A model generated the notes under the pieces. It searched no databases. It was not told where the DNA came from and was given only the letters and a program-made list of their open reading frames with translations. Position numbers and translations under genes: made by a program. From an uncultured Alphaproteobacteria bacterium (GTDB lineage: Bacteria; Pseudomonadota; Alphaproteobacteria; JAGOMX01), in assembly GCA_963780985.1 (NCBI GenBank), contig CAWAEF010000003.1, positions 110,693 through 174,692 of the forward strand: a stretch of DNA of 64,000 nt, written 5' to 3'. Below, in pieces: positions 29,022-37,527 of the stretch; within the stretch, counting starts at the first letter, position 1; each line of letters opens with the position of its first letter.

Positions 29022-30038
29022 ATGCACACACCCAAAAAGATTGCTATTGGCCTACAAGGCGGCGGCAGCCATGGGGCTTTTTCCTGGGGGGTGCTGGATG
29101 CATTGCTGGCTGATGACCGTATTGATATCGTAGGACTCAGTGGCACCAGCGCCGGCGGCATGAACGCAGCCGCCACCCTGCAGGGCTTTAACAAGGGTGG
29201 CCGCGAGGGAGCTCGAGCGGAATTGCGTCGTTTTTGGGAGATGGTGCACAAGACAACCGCTGAATCTGCCATGCGCCCTACTCCTTTTAAATCTATGATG
29301 GGAAGCCACAGCCTACGGGGATCTCCCGTGTATGCTTGGATGAACATGATGCGGGATTTTTACTCGCCATACGAGCTCAATCCTTTGGATATAAATCCAT
29401 TAAAGACCTTGGTTCACGATTTCTTCGATTTGGACATTCTTCACAAACGAAGTAAAATGAAGGTCTTTTTGTGCGCCACCCAGGTTAGAACAGGCAAGCT
29501 ACATATTTTCAAAGGAAAGGAACTTACAGAAAGCGCGCTCCTGGCAAGCGCCTGCTTACCATCGCTGTTTAGGGCCGTGGAAGTGGACGGCGAATTCTAT
29601 TGGGATGGCGGTTATGTAGGCAACCCTGCTATATACCCGTTGATCTATAATTGCCCCACGAGAGATATCGCCATCATACAAATCACCCAAGCCCATAGAG
29701 AGCTTATCCCCAACACAGCGGATGCCATCGCTGACCGGCACCAAGAGATTACCTATAACGCTTGCCTTATGCACGAGATCCGGGCCATTTACTTTATTTC
29801 GAAGATGGTTGAAAAAGGGATAGTGAACGATAAATCCATCAAGATACTTAATCTCCATGTGATCAGGGATCGCGAGTTTTTTGAGGAATTGGACCTGTCG
29901 ACGGCCATGAATACGGACTGGAATTTTCTGCTGAAACTGTTTGAGGCTGGTAAACGCAGCGGTGAAAAGTGGCTCGAGGACCATTACGATGATATCGGTG
30001 TTCGTTCCTCGGCCCAAATTGAAGAGGATTTTATTTGA
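29022..30038 (+). CDS. Patatin-like phospholipase.
   Basis: GLQGGGSHGAFSWGVLDAL (oxyanion GGGxxG) and GLSGTSAGG (GxSxG nucleophile elbow), 338 aa. Confidence 0.8.
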   Translation: MHTPKKIAIGLQGGGSHGAFSWGVLDALLADDRIDIVGLSGTSAGGMNAAATLQGFNKGGREGARAELRRFWEMVHKTTAESAMRPTPFKSMMGSHSLRGSPVYAWMNMMRDFYSPYELNPLDINPLKTLVHDFFDLDILHKRSKMKVFLCATQVRTGKLHIFKGKELTESALLASACLPSLFRAVEVDGEFYWDGGYVGNPAIYPLIYNCPTRDIAIIQITQAHRELIPNTADAIADRHQEITYNACLMHEIRAIYFISKMVEKGIVNDKSIKILNLHVIRDREFFEELDLSTAMNTDWNFLLKLFEAGKRSGEKWLEDHYDDIGVRSSAQIEEDFI

Positions 30039-30084
30039 GGGAGAATCAGGGTAGAATGGAGAGATATTCATTCGAGGAATAAAA

Positions 30085-31350
30085 ATGACCATTAAAACCC
30101 TGGACCAGCGTTTGTCTTATATCGACCACTTGCGTGGTTTTATCTTTATTCTTATGGCTGTGGATCATGGTCTTCATGCTTATGCTTACAACTGGAAAGC
30201 ATTCTGGTTCTTCCGGGATTATGAAGGCAGTACTATCTTTGATGCCTTCTACCTGCACGACCAGGTTATTATCATGCCGATGCTGTTCTTTATTTTCGGT
30301 ATGTTTGTGATTCCATCGTTACTGCGACGGGGATTGCCAGGGTACCTGAAGGAACGGTTTTTCCGTCTTGGTATCATCTACATCATTGGCGTGCCCCTGT
30401 TTGTGCCGATGTTGTCCTATCCCCGTTACGAAACTTTTGAAGAGCCTGGCATCAGTTATTTTGCTTATCTGCGGGATGTGTTCTTTGCGGATTTTCCCCA
30501 TATTCCGCAAGCGGGGCCCTATTGGGTGGTGCATGCGTTGTTGGGCTTTACATTAATCTTGTTGCTGGTGTATTACGTCCTGCCGCCCCTGTATCGCGCG
30601 ATCACTTGGTTCTTCCGTTGGTGCGTCAGCCGGCCATTGGCGGGTTATGTCATCTTTGGTCTCATCAGCTCGGTCATTCTGTTTGTCTCAGATATCATCT
30701 GGGGTGCGCCTTGGTGGATTAACTTTGGCTGGCTCTTTTCCTTGCAGGCCTCCAAGATGGTTTTGGTCCTCACCTACTTCTTTGCAGGCTCCGCCCTCAT
30801 GTATTCAGGCGTCTTGCGCGATGAGGAGCTGATGAACAAGTTTGCTAACCATTGGCAGCGATTGCTGGCGCTCTATGCCCTGTTGGCCATTTGCTATATG
30901 TACTACTCGGTCGCCCATTTCGATGATGCATTTAATGAAATCACCCGCCGCTTTGCCATGAGCCATGGGGGATGGTGGCAGGCCAGTAACGACATCTGGC
31001 CCATATTCACGGAATTTGGTCCACCAATCCTTAAGCGAACGATTTTGCATGGTTTCCTGTGTATGACGCAGGTTTTGTTGCTTTTGGCTTTGTTCAAGAA
31101 GTTCTTTGACAAGCCGACACCTATGTGGACCTCGTTGGCAAGGAACGGTTTTGGTATTTTCATCATCCACGACCCAATCGTTGTGTGGATGCAGTATTAC
31201 CTTATTAATGTCCATTTGCCACTTTTCATCAAATTTGTCTTGTGTGCAATAATTCCTATTGCACTGGCATGGGTCATTAGTGCTAAAATACTACTTAAGA
31301 TACCGATCGTTGAACGGATATTAAGTCCAAAACCGAAAGAGGTCGCATGA
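30085..31350 (+). CDS. Acyltransferase-3 family integral membrane protein.
   Basis: About ten predicted TM helices. N-terminal YIDHLRGFIFILMAVDHG is typical of acyltransferase_3 / OpgC-like proteins. Confidence 0.65.
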   Translation: MTIKTLDQRLSYIDHLRGFIFILMAVDHGLHAYAYNWKAFWFFRDYEGSTIFDAFYLHDQVIIMPMLFFIFGMFVIPSLLRRGLPGYLKERFFRLGIIYIIGVPLFVPMLSYPRYETFEEPGISYFAYLRDVFFADFPHIPQAGPYWVVHALLGFTLILLLVYYVLPPLYRAITWFFRWCVSRPLAGYVIFGLISSVILFVSDIIWGAPWWINFGWLFSLQASKMVLVLTYFFAGSALMYSGVLRDEELMNKFANHWQRLLALYALLAICYMYYSVAHFDDAFNEITRRFAMSHGGWWQASNDIWPIFTEFGPPILKRTILHGFLCMTQVLLLLALFKKFFDKPTPMWTSLARNGFGIFIIHDPIVVWMQYYLINVHLPLFIKFVLCAIIPIALAWVISAKILLKIPIVERILSPKPKEVA

Positions 31351-32282
31351 GATGTTGCTGGTTAATTATAGGCACCTTGCTTAGCTTTGCTGAAGAGGCC
31401 CAGTCTACAGTCGTTTTTCGCGAGCTTGATAATGACCTTTTACCAGTGAATCGCGTTCTTGCACTTCCCGTGGAGCCAACTGTCACGACGATGAAGCGGG
31501 TTCCGTCTGTGGAGAACCTGCCTGCAAAATGTTGGGGTGACATATTTTACGAGAGGCACCACTCTGGCCCCCAGCATTTTTTGATTTGCGCGCATAACAA
31601 TCATCTTTTTGAAACCTACCTGGCAGCATTACCCAAGTTGTTGAGCCATAATAGCCATTGCAGAATAACCATTTTGGCTCCCGAAGAAGAACATAGGTCA
31701 CTGCGCGCGCAGGTCAAGGCCTTTATCCAAACAAATGTGAAACCAACATATGACACACGAGATTTACACTTCTTGGATGTGAAATCAGCAGATGGCACTC
31801 ATTTTCTGGATAAACCAAAGAGTAAAGCTTTAAGCAGGTATGTGTCAGATTCCGCCTTGGGGGGAAAAGGACAGCACGATCCGAAGACCAGCAATTCACC
31901 ATATGGGGACAAATACACCTGCATCATACTTACTTCCCTGCCGGAGAATTTTGGGGCCGTCACGCGATGGATTCATAACAGCAGGGCCATGCTTTACGTT
32001 CCCTATATCATACCCGAATCGAACAAGGGCGACGATAAGAAAATCAAGTATACAATGCACAATCCGGATACCATTAAGGAAAAACTACACAAAGTTGGCT
32101 TCAGGACCCATGAAGTCTTAACAGCTGACACGATGGTTTGCGCAGCTACCTCTGATCACACAAGCTTTCCAAAAGATTATTTAAGTCCGGGCTACAACCC
32201 TGAAAAAGTCACAACACCTAAGATAGCTAGGGGTGTCCGTGATGAGGGACAATGCGAAGGTTGTAGGGAACACGGCGAGTAA
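31347..32282 (+). CDS. Secreted hypothetical protein.
   Basis: Signal-peptide-like N-terminus. Start overlaps the upstream stop. 311 aa, no recognisable motif. Confidence 0.5.
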   Translation: MRCCWLIIGTLLSFAEEAQSTVVFRELDNDLLPVNRVLALPVEPTVTTMKRVPSVENLPAKCWGDIFYERHHSGPQHFLICAHNNHLFETYLAALPKLLSHNSHCRITILAPEEEHRSLRAQVKAFIQTNVKPTYDTRDLHFLDVKSADGTHFLDKPKSKALSRYVSDSALGGKGQHDPKTSNSPYGDKYTCIILTSLPENFGAVTRWIHNSRAMLYVPYIIPESNKGDDKKIKYTMHNPDTIKEKLHKVGFRTHEVLTADTMVCAATSDHTSFPKDYLSPGYNPEKVTTPKIARGVRDEGQCEGCREHGE

Positions 32283-32348
32283 GTTTAACCCCTCACCATA
32301 ATGGTGTATAGAATAGAATGGGATAGAATAGAACAAGCCCCAAGCAGA

Positions 32349-32571
32349 CGTCATCCTGAACGGACAAACCGGCAGCGGGCGGTAGTGAAGGATCCAGTCA
32401 GACATGCGTCGCGTAGCGACTCTGTTATAAATATACCCAACATACAACTGAAACAACCAGCTGTCTAAATTACCTTAAAATGGGACCATCCACAGCAGAG
32501 TCGCTTCGCGACGCATTTATAACTGGATCCTTCTCTCCCGCCCGCTTCGCAGTCGTCCGTTCAGGATGACG
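32349..32571. repeat. MITE-like palindromic element, family A, copy 2 (~223 bp).
   Basis: cgtcatcctgaacggacaaaccggcagcgggcggtagtgaaggatccagtcagacatgcgtcgcgtagcgactctg ... cagagtcgcttcgcgacgcatttataactggatccttctctcccgcccgcttcgcagtcgtccgttcaggatgacg. Confidence 0.7.
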
Positions 32572-33170
32572 GGGGACTGGGGGTATTTTTCCTTGCTAGC
32601 TATCCTCACTTGAGTTCAACTTAGTATGCCCATTACCCACTTGTTTTACATAAGAGCCATAAGTTGAAACTCTAAAGATCGTTAATCGGAATTAAATCCT
32701 CAAAGGCACATTCGTTCAGGAAATTCTCGTATATCAATCCACACATGCGTTCGTTCTGCAGCGCCAGCATGACGGCTGCGCCTGTAATAATATTGTCATG
32801 AACTCCCGATGCGTCCAGTTCAGGCAGAGATGCCTCTAACGTGCCATCTTCCCTCAGGATGATAGCGGCGTCATAGGGCCCCAAATGGAGCGACTTCGGA
32901 ATTTTGTGTATCATTTCTTACGTCTTCCCAGCTCGAGTAATTTTCAATGACCGCCGTGCCTATACGCCCCACCGGGAGCATCATCGGTTATGATGGCCCT
33001 TTAGAAAAACCTCCGTTTTTTCTTGAATCTACTATGGTAATAACGTAAACCTTTTACGCGGCCTTATTTGCTTTTATTTTTTCCGCGTCTAAGTCCAATG
33101 CCTGCAACAGCTCACGCAGACTCTCGTGGGCTCATGCCGGTTTCCATTTGATCGAGGGGCTCTCCCGCGA

Positions 33171-34019
33171 TTAAACGGCGAATAATATCGACACCCTGTT
33201 GTACACACGAACACCATTGAAATGATACTTCATAAATGCTTCGTAAGTATAGGGGGTCCATTTTTTTAAAACTTCGACCATGGCCAAAGCATATACCTGG
33301 ATTTCGTATTGAGCATGACTGTCCGCACGCAAACTCAAGAAATGCAACAGGTTGTGTAGATCGATCTTCCAGTAGAATTCCGTATAAAAATTCACGGGCA
33401 GGTTCATGCGCGCCAACTCACGGGCCAAAGATGGCTTGGACTCGTCGAGGATGATGCCCTCCTCGTCCGTGTTAATCATTTCACGGTAGTTATCATAAGC
33501 TTGCACCGCATCGGTTTTTAACATGTCCAGAATCTTCGCCGCCTCCTCGGGCGCCAAAATCTGATCGCGACCCTGACGATTTGAGCTGGATTGTTGTGCT
33601 AAAACACTGGGGTGAGGAAGGTAGAATTCATCTTGCACAATAGAATAACGAGCAGAATACTCGTTCACATTGGCTGTCCGGTGCCGCAGCCACTGACGGG
33701 CCACGAATATGGGAGTCTTGATGTGGAATTTAATCTCACACATCTCAAAAGGCGTCGTGTGACGGTGCCGCAGCAAATAGTTGATGAGGCCCCTGTCCTC
33801 GTTAATCTTTTTAGTTCCTTTGCCGTAGGAAACGCGGGCGGCCTGGACGATGGCGCTATCGTCACCCATATAATCGATGACCCGGACGAAACCGTGGTCC
33901 AGCAAAGGGATGGGCTCAAACAGAATTTCCTCAAGCGCCGGCACGGTCGCTCGTTTTGTCTGATAGGTCTCAGCCATTTGTTGGGAAATTTCAGCCTTTT
34001 GCTGGTCGTTCATTGCCAT
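33171..34019 (-). CDS. thyX: Flavin-dependent thymidylate synthase.
   Basis: ThyX signature [15 protein letters not shown] (RHR-x7-S-x-RY), 282 aa. Confidence 0.8.
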   Translation of the reverse strand: MAMNDQQKAEISQQMAETYQTKRATVPALEEILFEPIPLLDHGFVRVIDYMGDDSAIVQAARVSYGKGTKKINEDRGLINYLLRHRHTTPFEMCEIKFHIKTPIFVARQWLRHRTANVNEYSARYSIVQDEFYLPHPSVLAQQSSSNRQGRDQILAPEEAAKILDMLKTDAVQAYDNYREMINTDEEGIILDESKPSLARELARMNLPVNFYTEFYWKIDLHNLLHFLSLRADSHAQYEIQVYALAMVEVLKKWTPYTYEAFMKYHFNGVRVYNRVSILFAV

Positions 34020-34090
34020 CGATAACTCCGTTTATATTTTATTTAAAATAACTACACTTTTTCAAAAGGGTGATAGGACGTAAACAGTCT

Positions 34091-34219
34091 CCAGCTGCTT
34101 CCCCTGGATGCGCAGGGGTCCAGCGCAAAATGCGTCGCGCAGCGACTCCTACTCAATTCGGAGCTGCTACGCAGCACATTATTAGGCCTGGACCCCTGCG
34201 CATCCAGGGGAGGCAGCGG
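34091..34219. repeat. MITE-like palindromic element, family B, copy 2.
   Basis: ccagctgcttcccctggatgcgcaggggtccagcgcaaaatgcgtcgcgcagcgactcc...ggagctgctacgcagcacatt...cctggacccctgcgcatccaggggaggcagcgg. Confidence 0.6.
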
Positions 34220-34451
34220 GTGACAAACGTCACTCCACCACCCTTCGAGTCAATTCTCACACTTACCGTCATTCAAGCACAGCTGGACAACAATTCCAAC
34301 TAGTTTTATATATATAGATAGGGGCGCTAGTTATCTCGTTTTTTTGCTAATCTTTTCTGACTCTTCCCTTGCAATTTCTTAAGAAAACATTATATAATAT
34401 ATATGTCAGGAAACTGACTATGGCGATAAACGTCTTATGGAATAGGCGATG

Positions 34452-34790
34452 TGGACCCGGGGGCGGTACCCGGCGCCTCCACCAAAAATGGTCACGATGT
34501 GACCCTTTCTGTGGGGGCGAAATAGGATCGACACGCGTAATAAAGATATGATTTTTGCTCGGTAGGCACCACCGTTATCGGACCATTGTTATAAGTGCAA
34601 ACTTTAACTTTAAAAACTTGGCTATGGGTCAGGATAATTTCGCTACTGCAGCTGCAGCCGCTTAATTGTTAGACTAAGCCAGCGGTCGGGGGCGCCGGGC
34701 AACAGAAAGCCCCCACTTATTTATGTGCCTGCCCAAGGGGAAGTTAATAACGCCCGAGTGGGCGGCACTGTTATATGCGAACTAAAGAGT
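34452..34790 (+). ncRNA. ssrA: Circularly permuted (two-piece) tmRNA gene. The acceptor piece ends in CCA at 34481-34484, a ~28-nt intervening hairpin follows, and the coding piece starts with GGGGGCG at 34513. The 3' boundary is approximate.
   Basis: The 5' GGGGGCG (34513-34519) pairs with the upstream CGCCUCC+ACCA to give a 7-bp acceptor stem with a G3·U70 wobble (the Ala identity element). T-stem CCGGG/CCCGG. AGGATCGAC resembles the conserved GGAUUCGAC. An in-frame tag ORF ...(A)NFNFKNLAMGQDNFATAAAAA ends at TAA 34663-34665. The SspB-like gene follows immediately. Confidence 0.55.
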
Positions 34791-34801
34791 GAGGGTTAGC
34801 T

Positions 34802-35281
34802 GTGGACAGCTTGGATTACGATCAACTGATACAAGAAGCACTTCGCGATGTGGTGCGCAAGACTTTACAGACGGTCTCGAAAAAGGGGCTGCCTGGCAAT
34901 CATCATTTCTATATTACATTCCGAACCGATCGCAACGATGTTGTTATGCCAGAATACTTGCGTGACCAACATCCTGATGAAGTGACCGTTGTTCTACAGC
35001 ACCAATTTTGGGACCTGAACATCGATAACGCCTCCTTCAGCGTGACGCTCAGCTTTAATGGCCATCATGAAAGACTGGTGATCCCTTACGGTGCGCTGGT
35101 CAGCTTTATGGATCCATCGGTTAAGTTTGGCCTGCAATTCACACCAGAAGAGCCCGCGGCAGGCAAGCCAACGCCTCCTCACAATGGTGATGACGACAAT
35201 GCTCACCTGAAGCAGCCAGGCGTAAAGACAGACAACATTGTGACGCTTGCTTCCTTCCGGAACGATAAAAAGAAGAAGTAA
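34802..35281 (+). CDS. sspB: SspB-like ClpXP specificity-enhancing adaptor for ssrA-tagged proteins (GTG start).
   Basis: HFYITFRTDRNDVVMPEYLRDQHPDEVTVVLQHQFWDLNIDNASFSVTLSFNGHHERLVIPYGALVSFMDPS aligns with the SspB substrate-binding domain. Acidic linker and basic C-terminal tail (NDKKKK) resemble the ClpX-binding tail. Confidence 0.65.
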   Translation: MDSLDYDQLIQEALRDVVRKTLQTVSKKGLPGNHHFYITFRTDRNDVVMPEYLRDQHPDEVTVVLQHQFWDLNIDNASFSVTLSFNGHHERLVIPYGALVSFMDPSVKFGLQFTPEEPAAGKPTPPHNGDDDNAHLKQPGVKTDNIVTLASFRNDKKKK

Positions 35282-35410
35282 GGTATAATTCAAATAAGCA
35301 GCCGGCGGTTTAAAATCGCCGGCTGTTTTATTTTGGGTGTTATACACCACCGCACTGGGTTGCCCCGAAGCTGCGCTTCTTCTGATGACCAAAAGGCTCA
35401 AGGGGTAGTG

Positions 35411-35555
35411 ATCGCCACCAGCTGCCTCCCCTGCGAAAGCAGGGGGCCAGCGCAAAATGCGTCGCGTAGCGACTCTGTGCTTCTATATAGAGCTGCTTCG
35501 CAGCGCATGTTAAGAGCTGGACCCCTGCTTTCGCAGGGGAGGCAGCTGGTGGCGA
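35411..35555. repeat. MITE-like palindromic element, family B, copy 3.
   Basis: tcgccaccagctgcctcccctgcgaaagcagggggccagcgcaaaatgcgtcgcgtagcgactctg...gctgcttcgcagcgcatgttaagagctggacccctgctttcgcaggggaggcagctggtggcga, a perfect long palindrome. Confidence 0.65.
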
Positions 35556-35676
35556 TTACTACCCCAACAACCTACCGGTCATTTTGTAAAATCGACCCCT
35601 ACAGGGGTTGTCGGTTACTCGCAATGACAGGCTGGAGGAATTTGGCTAGCCTTGCTACATCTGCTGGGCAAACTAC

Positions 35677-36132
35677 CTATAAACTATACCCACCATTGAT
35701 ATAATGGATGAGATCATTAATTTCCTGCACGTGAGATCTGTGCTGAGCACTGAGCCATTTGGTAAGATCGCCTACGGAGATCATTCCCATCAGCACCGAG
35801 TCTTCCATTATGGGCAGGTGCCGGATCCGCTTTTCCGTCATAATGGACATGGCTTCTTCGATGGTTGTATCTGGATCCACGCATATAACGTCTCGATTCA
35901 TAACTTCTGATACTTTGGTTTTTTCTGGGTCTAGCTTTTGGGCGACAATCTTCATCAAAACATCACGCTCTGAGAATATACCCACAATGCGGCCTTCCTC
36001 CATGATCAGCAAGCACCCAATGCGGGACTCTTTCATCAATACGACACAGTCATAAACAGTATCCGTAGGCTTACCCGTGACAATGTGGAATCCCTTGCCC
36101 TTTAGTAACTCACCTAAAACAGTGTGAATCAT
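35677..36132 (-). CDS. CBS-domain pair protein.
   Basis: Two CBS motifs (GCLLIMEEGRIVGIFSERDVL and HLPIMEDSVLMGMISVGDL), 151 aa. Confidence 0.75.
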   Translation of the reverse strand: MIHTVLGELLKGKGFHIVTGKPTDTVYDCVVLMKESRIGCLLIMEEGRIVGIFSERDVLMKIVAQKLDPEKTKVSEVMNRDVICVDPDTTIEEAMSIMTEKRIRHLPIMEDSVLMGMISVGDLTKWLSAQHRSHVQEINDLIHYINGGYSL

Positions 36133-36316
36133 AGCTTTCTCCCAGAACCCTTATACTACTATTGTAATGCGGAGAGATTAAGAAAGGGTAAAACTATTGT
36201 TTTACCGATATATTTGGTCACCACCTCTATCATTTCTCAGTATTTTTTACGGTTGCACAGCGTCACACCATTGAGTAAGGTTACCTCGTTAAACAGATAA
36301 CCGATGGGAGTTCCTC

Positions 36317-37357
36317 ATGTTAAGAAAGACATCAAATCTATTGGCCAGTTGGTATTTACCGGCCGCAAAAACCGTAAAGATCGCTGCCCTGACTGGGCTT
36401 GTGCTTGCTTCCCTACCGGAAGCAAATGCATGCAGGCTGCTGCGTGCTGAGGGCGCCGCCGTGGCGCGCACTTCCGCCTTTACGGGGACGACAACCCATG
36501 TTGCAAGACCTACAACACTTGTACAGGCTCGGACCTATGCTACCGGTAGAACCATGCTTAACAGAAACTGGACTACGGTACTAAAAGCCACACTCGCCAC
36601 AAGCACCATGGCTGGGATGGCAGCTTTAGCCGAAGCAGATAAGGGACCCGCTAACGAACTGCCATTTCTCTCGGCTGCACAAGCCGAACTTTTAAAGACA
36701 GCACAAATTATCGGAGAAGATAAATTTTTCTCCGAAGACGTCATAAAGCTGATGGAGAAGCAAAAAAGAACTTTTGTCTGTCATTTGTTGGCAGATAAGC
36801 GCCCAATCATGCTAAGCAGATTCGAAGTGCCCAAAACCAACGAGGCAGATCGGGGCTTCAGGCACTTTTCTTTCTATCCCCGCACGGGGGACTTCCGAGT
36901 AATCAATGAGATATTGATTGTAGGACAAGAGGGCCATTCCGGCTATACGCACAACGGTCCTTACGTAGACGTTTGGGTACAGCTGAACACAAAAAATTGG
37001 AATGAATTTCAAAAAGCTTCATTTGAACGTTTCTACCCTTATAATCCGCTTAGAAAACAAGGCGACATGAGCGAGATGGCCTATATGGATGGACAAGATT
37101 TAGCCATCATGCAGCTTTTTCTAAGCCAAGATCCTGACATGGTCTACATTAAGTTAGCTTATAATCCCTTATTTTATAAGGAGAAAAACTGCATTGCTAA
37201 CTTTGCACTTTTCGGGGCACTGAGTGAGGATGCTGCCAGACTACTCATGGCACAAATAGCTTTTGAGGCAGACCTCGCAAAAGGAAAACGCGCCCGCGCG
37301 GAGGAACTACAGGTTGCACTTTTGGAACTCACAAGTTCCCTAAGATCCAAGAAGTAA
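36317..37357 (+). CDS. Secreted hypothetical protein.
   Basis: Signal peptide with Ala-rich N-terminus. 346 aa. A weak copy of the 19-bp box lies upstream at 36236-36254. Confidence 0.55.
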   Translation: MLRKTSNLLASWYLPAAKTVKIAALTGLVLASLPEANACRLLRAEGAAVARTSAFTGTTTHVARPTTLVQARTYATGRTMLNRNWTTVLKATLATSTMAGMAALAEADKGPANELPFLSAAQAELLKTAQIIGEDKFFSEDVIKLMEKQKRTFVCHLLADKRPIMLSRFEVPKTNEADRGFRHFSFYPRTGDFRVINEILIVGQEGHSGYTHNGPYVDVWVQLNTKNWNEFQKASFERFYPYNPLRKQGDMSEMAYMDGQDLAIMQLFLSQDPDMVYIKLAYNPLFYKEKNCIANFALFGALSEDAARLLMAQIAFEADLAKGKRARAEELQVALLELTSSLRSKK

Positions 37358-37527
37358 AATACACACATCCGCAACGCCGGGGATAACTTTCCCCGGCCAC
37401 GGGTAACCGCTGATGGGCCTTGTAGGCATCATCCCTTCTACTGACGCTATAACCGATTTTCTTGACATTTTTGCATAAACACACCATATGAAGACAGAGG
37501 CTTGATTAGTCTTTTGTTGGGGAATTT

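Noticed and set aside
34430-34486. A tRNA-like T-arm/acceptor/CCA segment, first considered as a tRNA gene fragment or tRNA pseudogene.
   Set aside because: There is no D-arm or anticodon arm upstream. The matching 5' acceptor strand lies downstream, after a short hairpin. It is better explained as the acceptor piece of a permuted tmRNA gene.
34070-35704. ORFs 34070..34303, 35333..35704 and 41651..41960 encoding ...CESRGPAQNASRSDSV...RAGPLLSQG...
   Set aside because: They are generated by MITE family B copies on both strands and have no coding signal outside the repeat.
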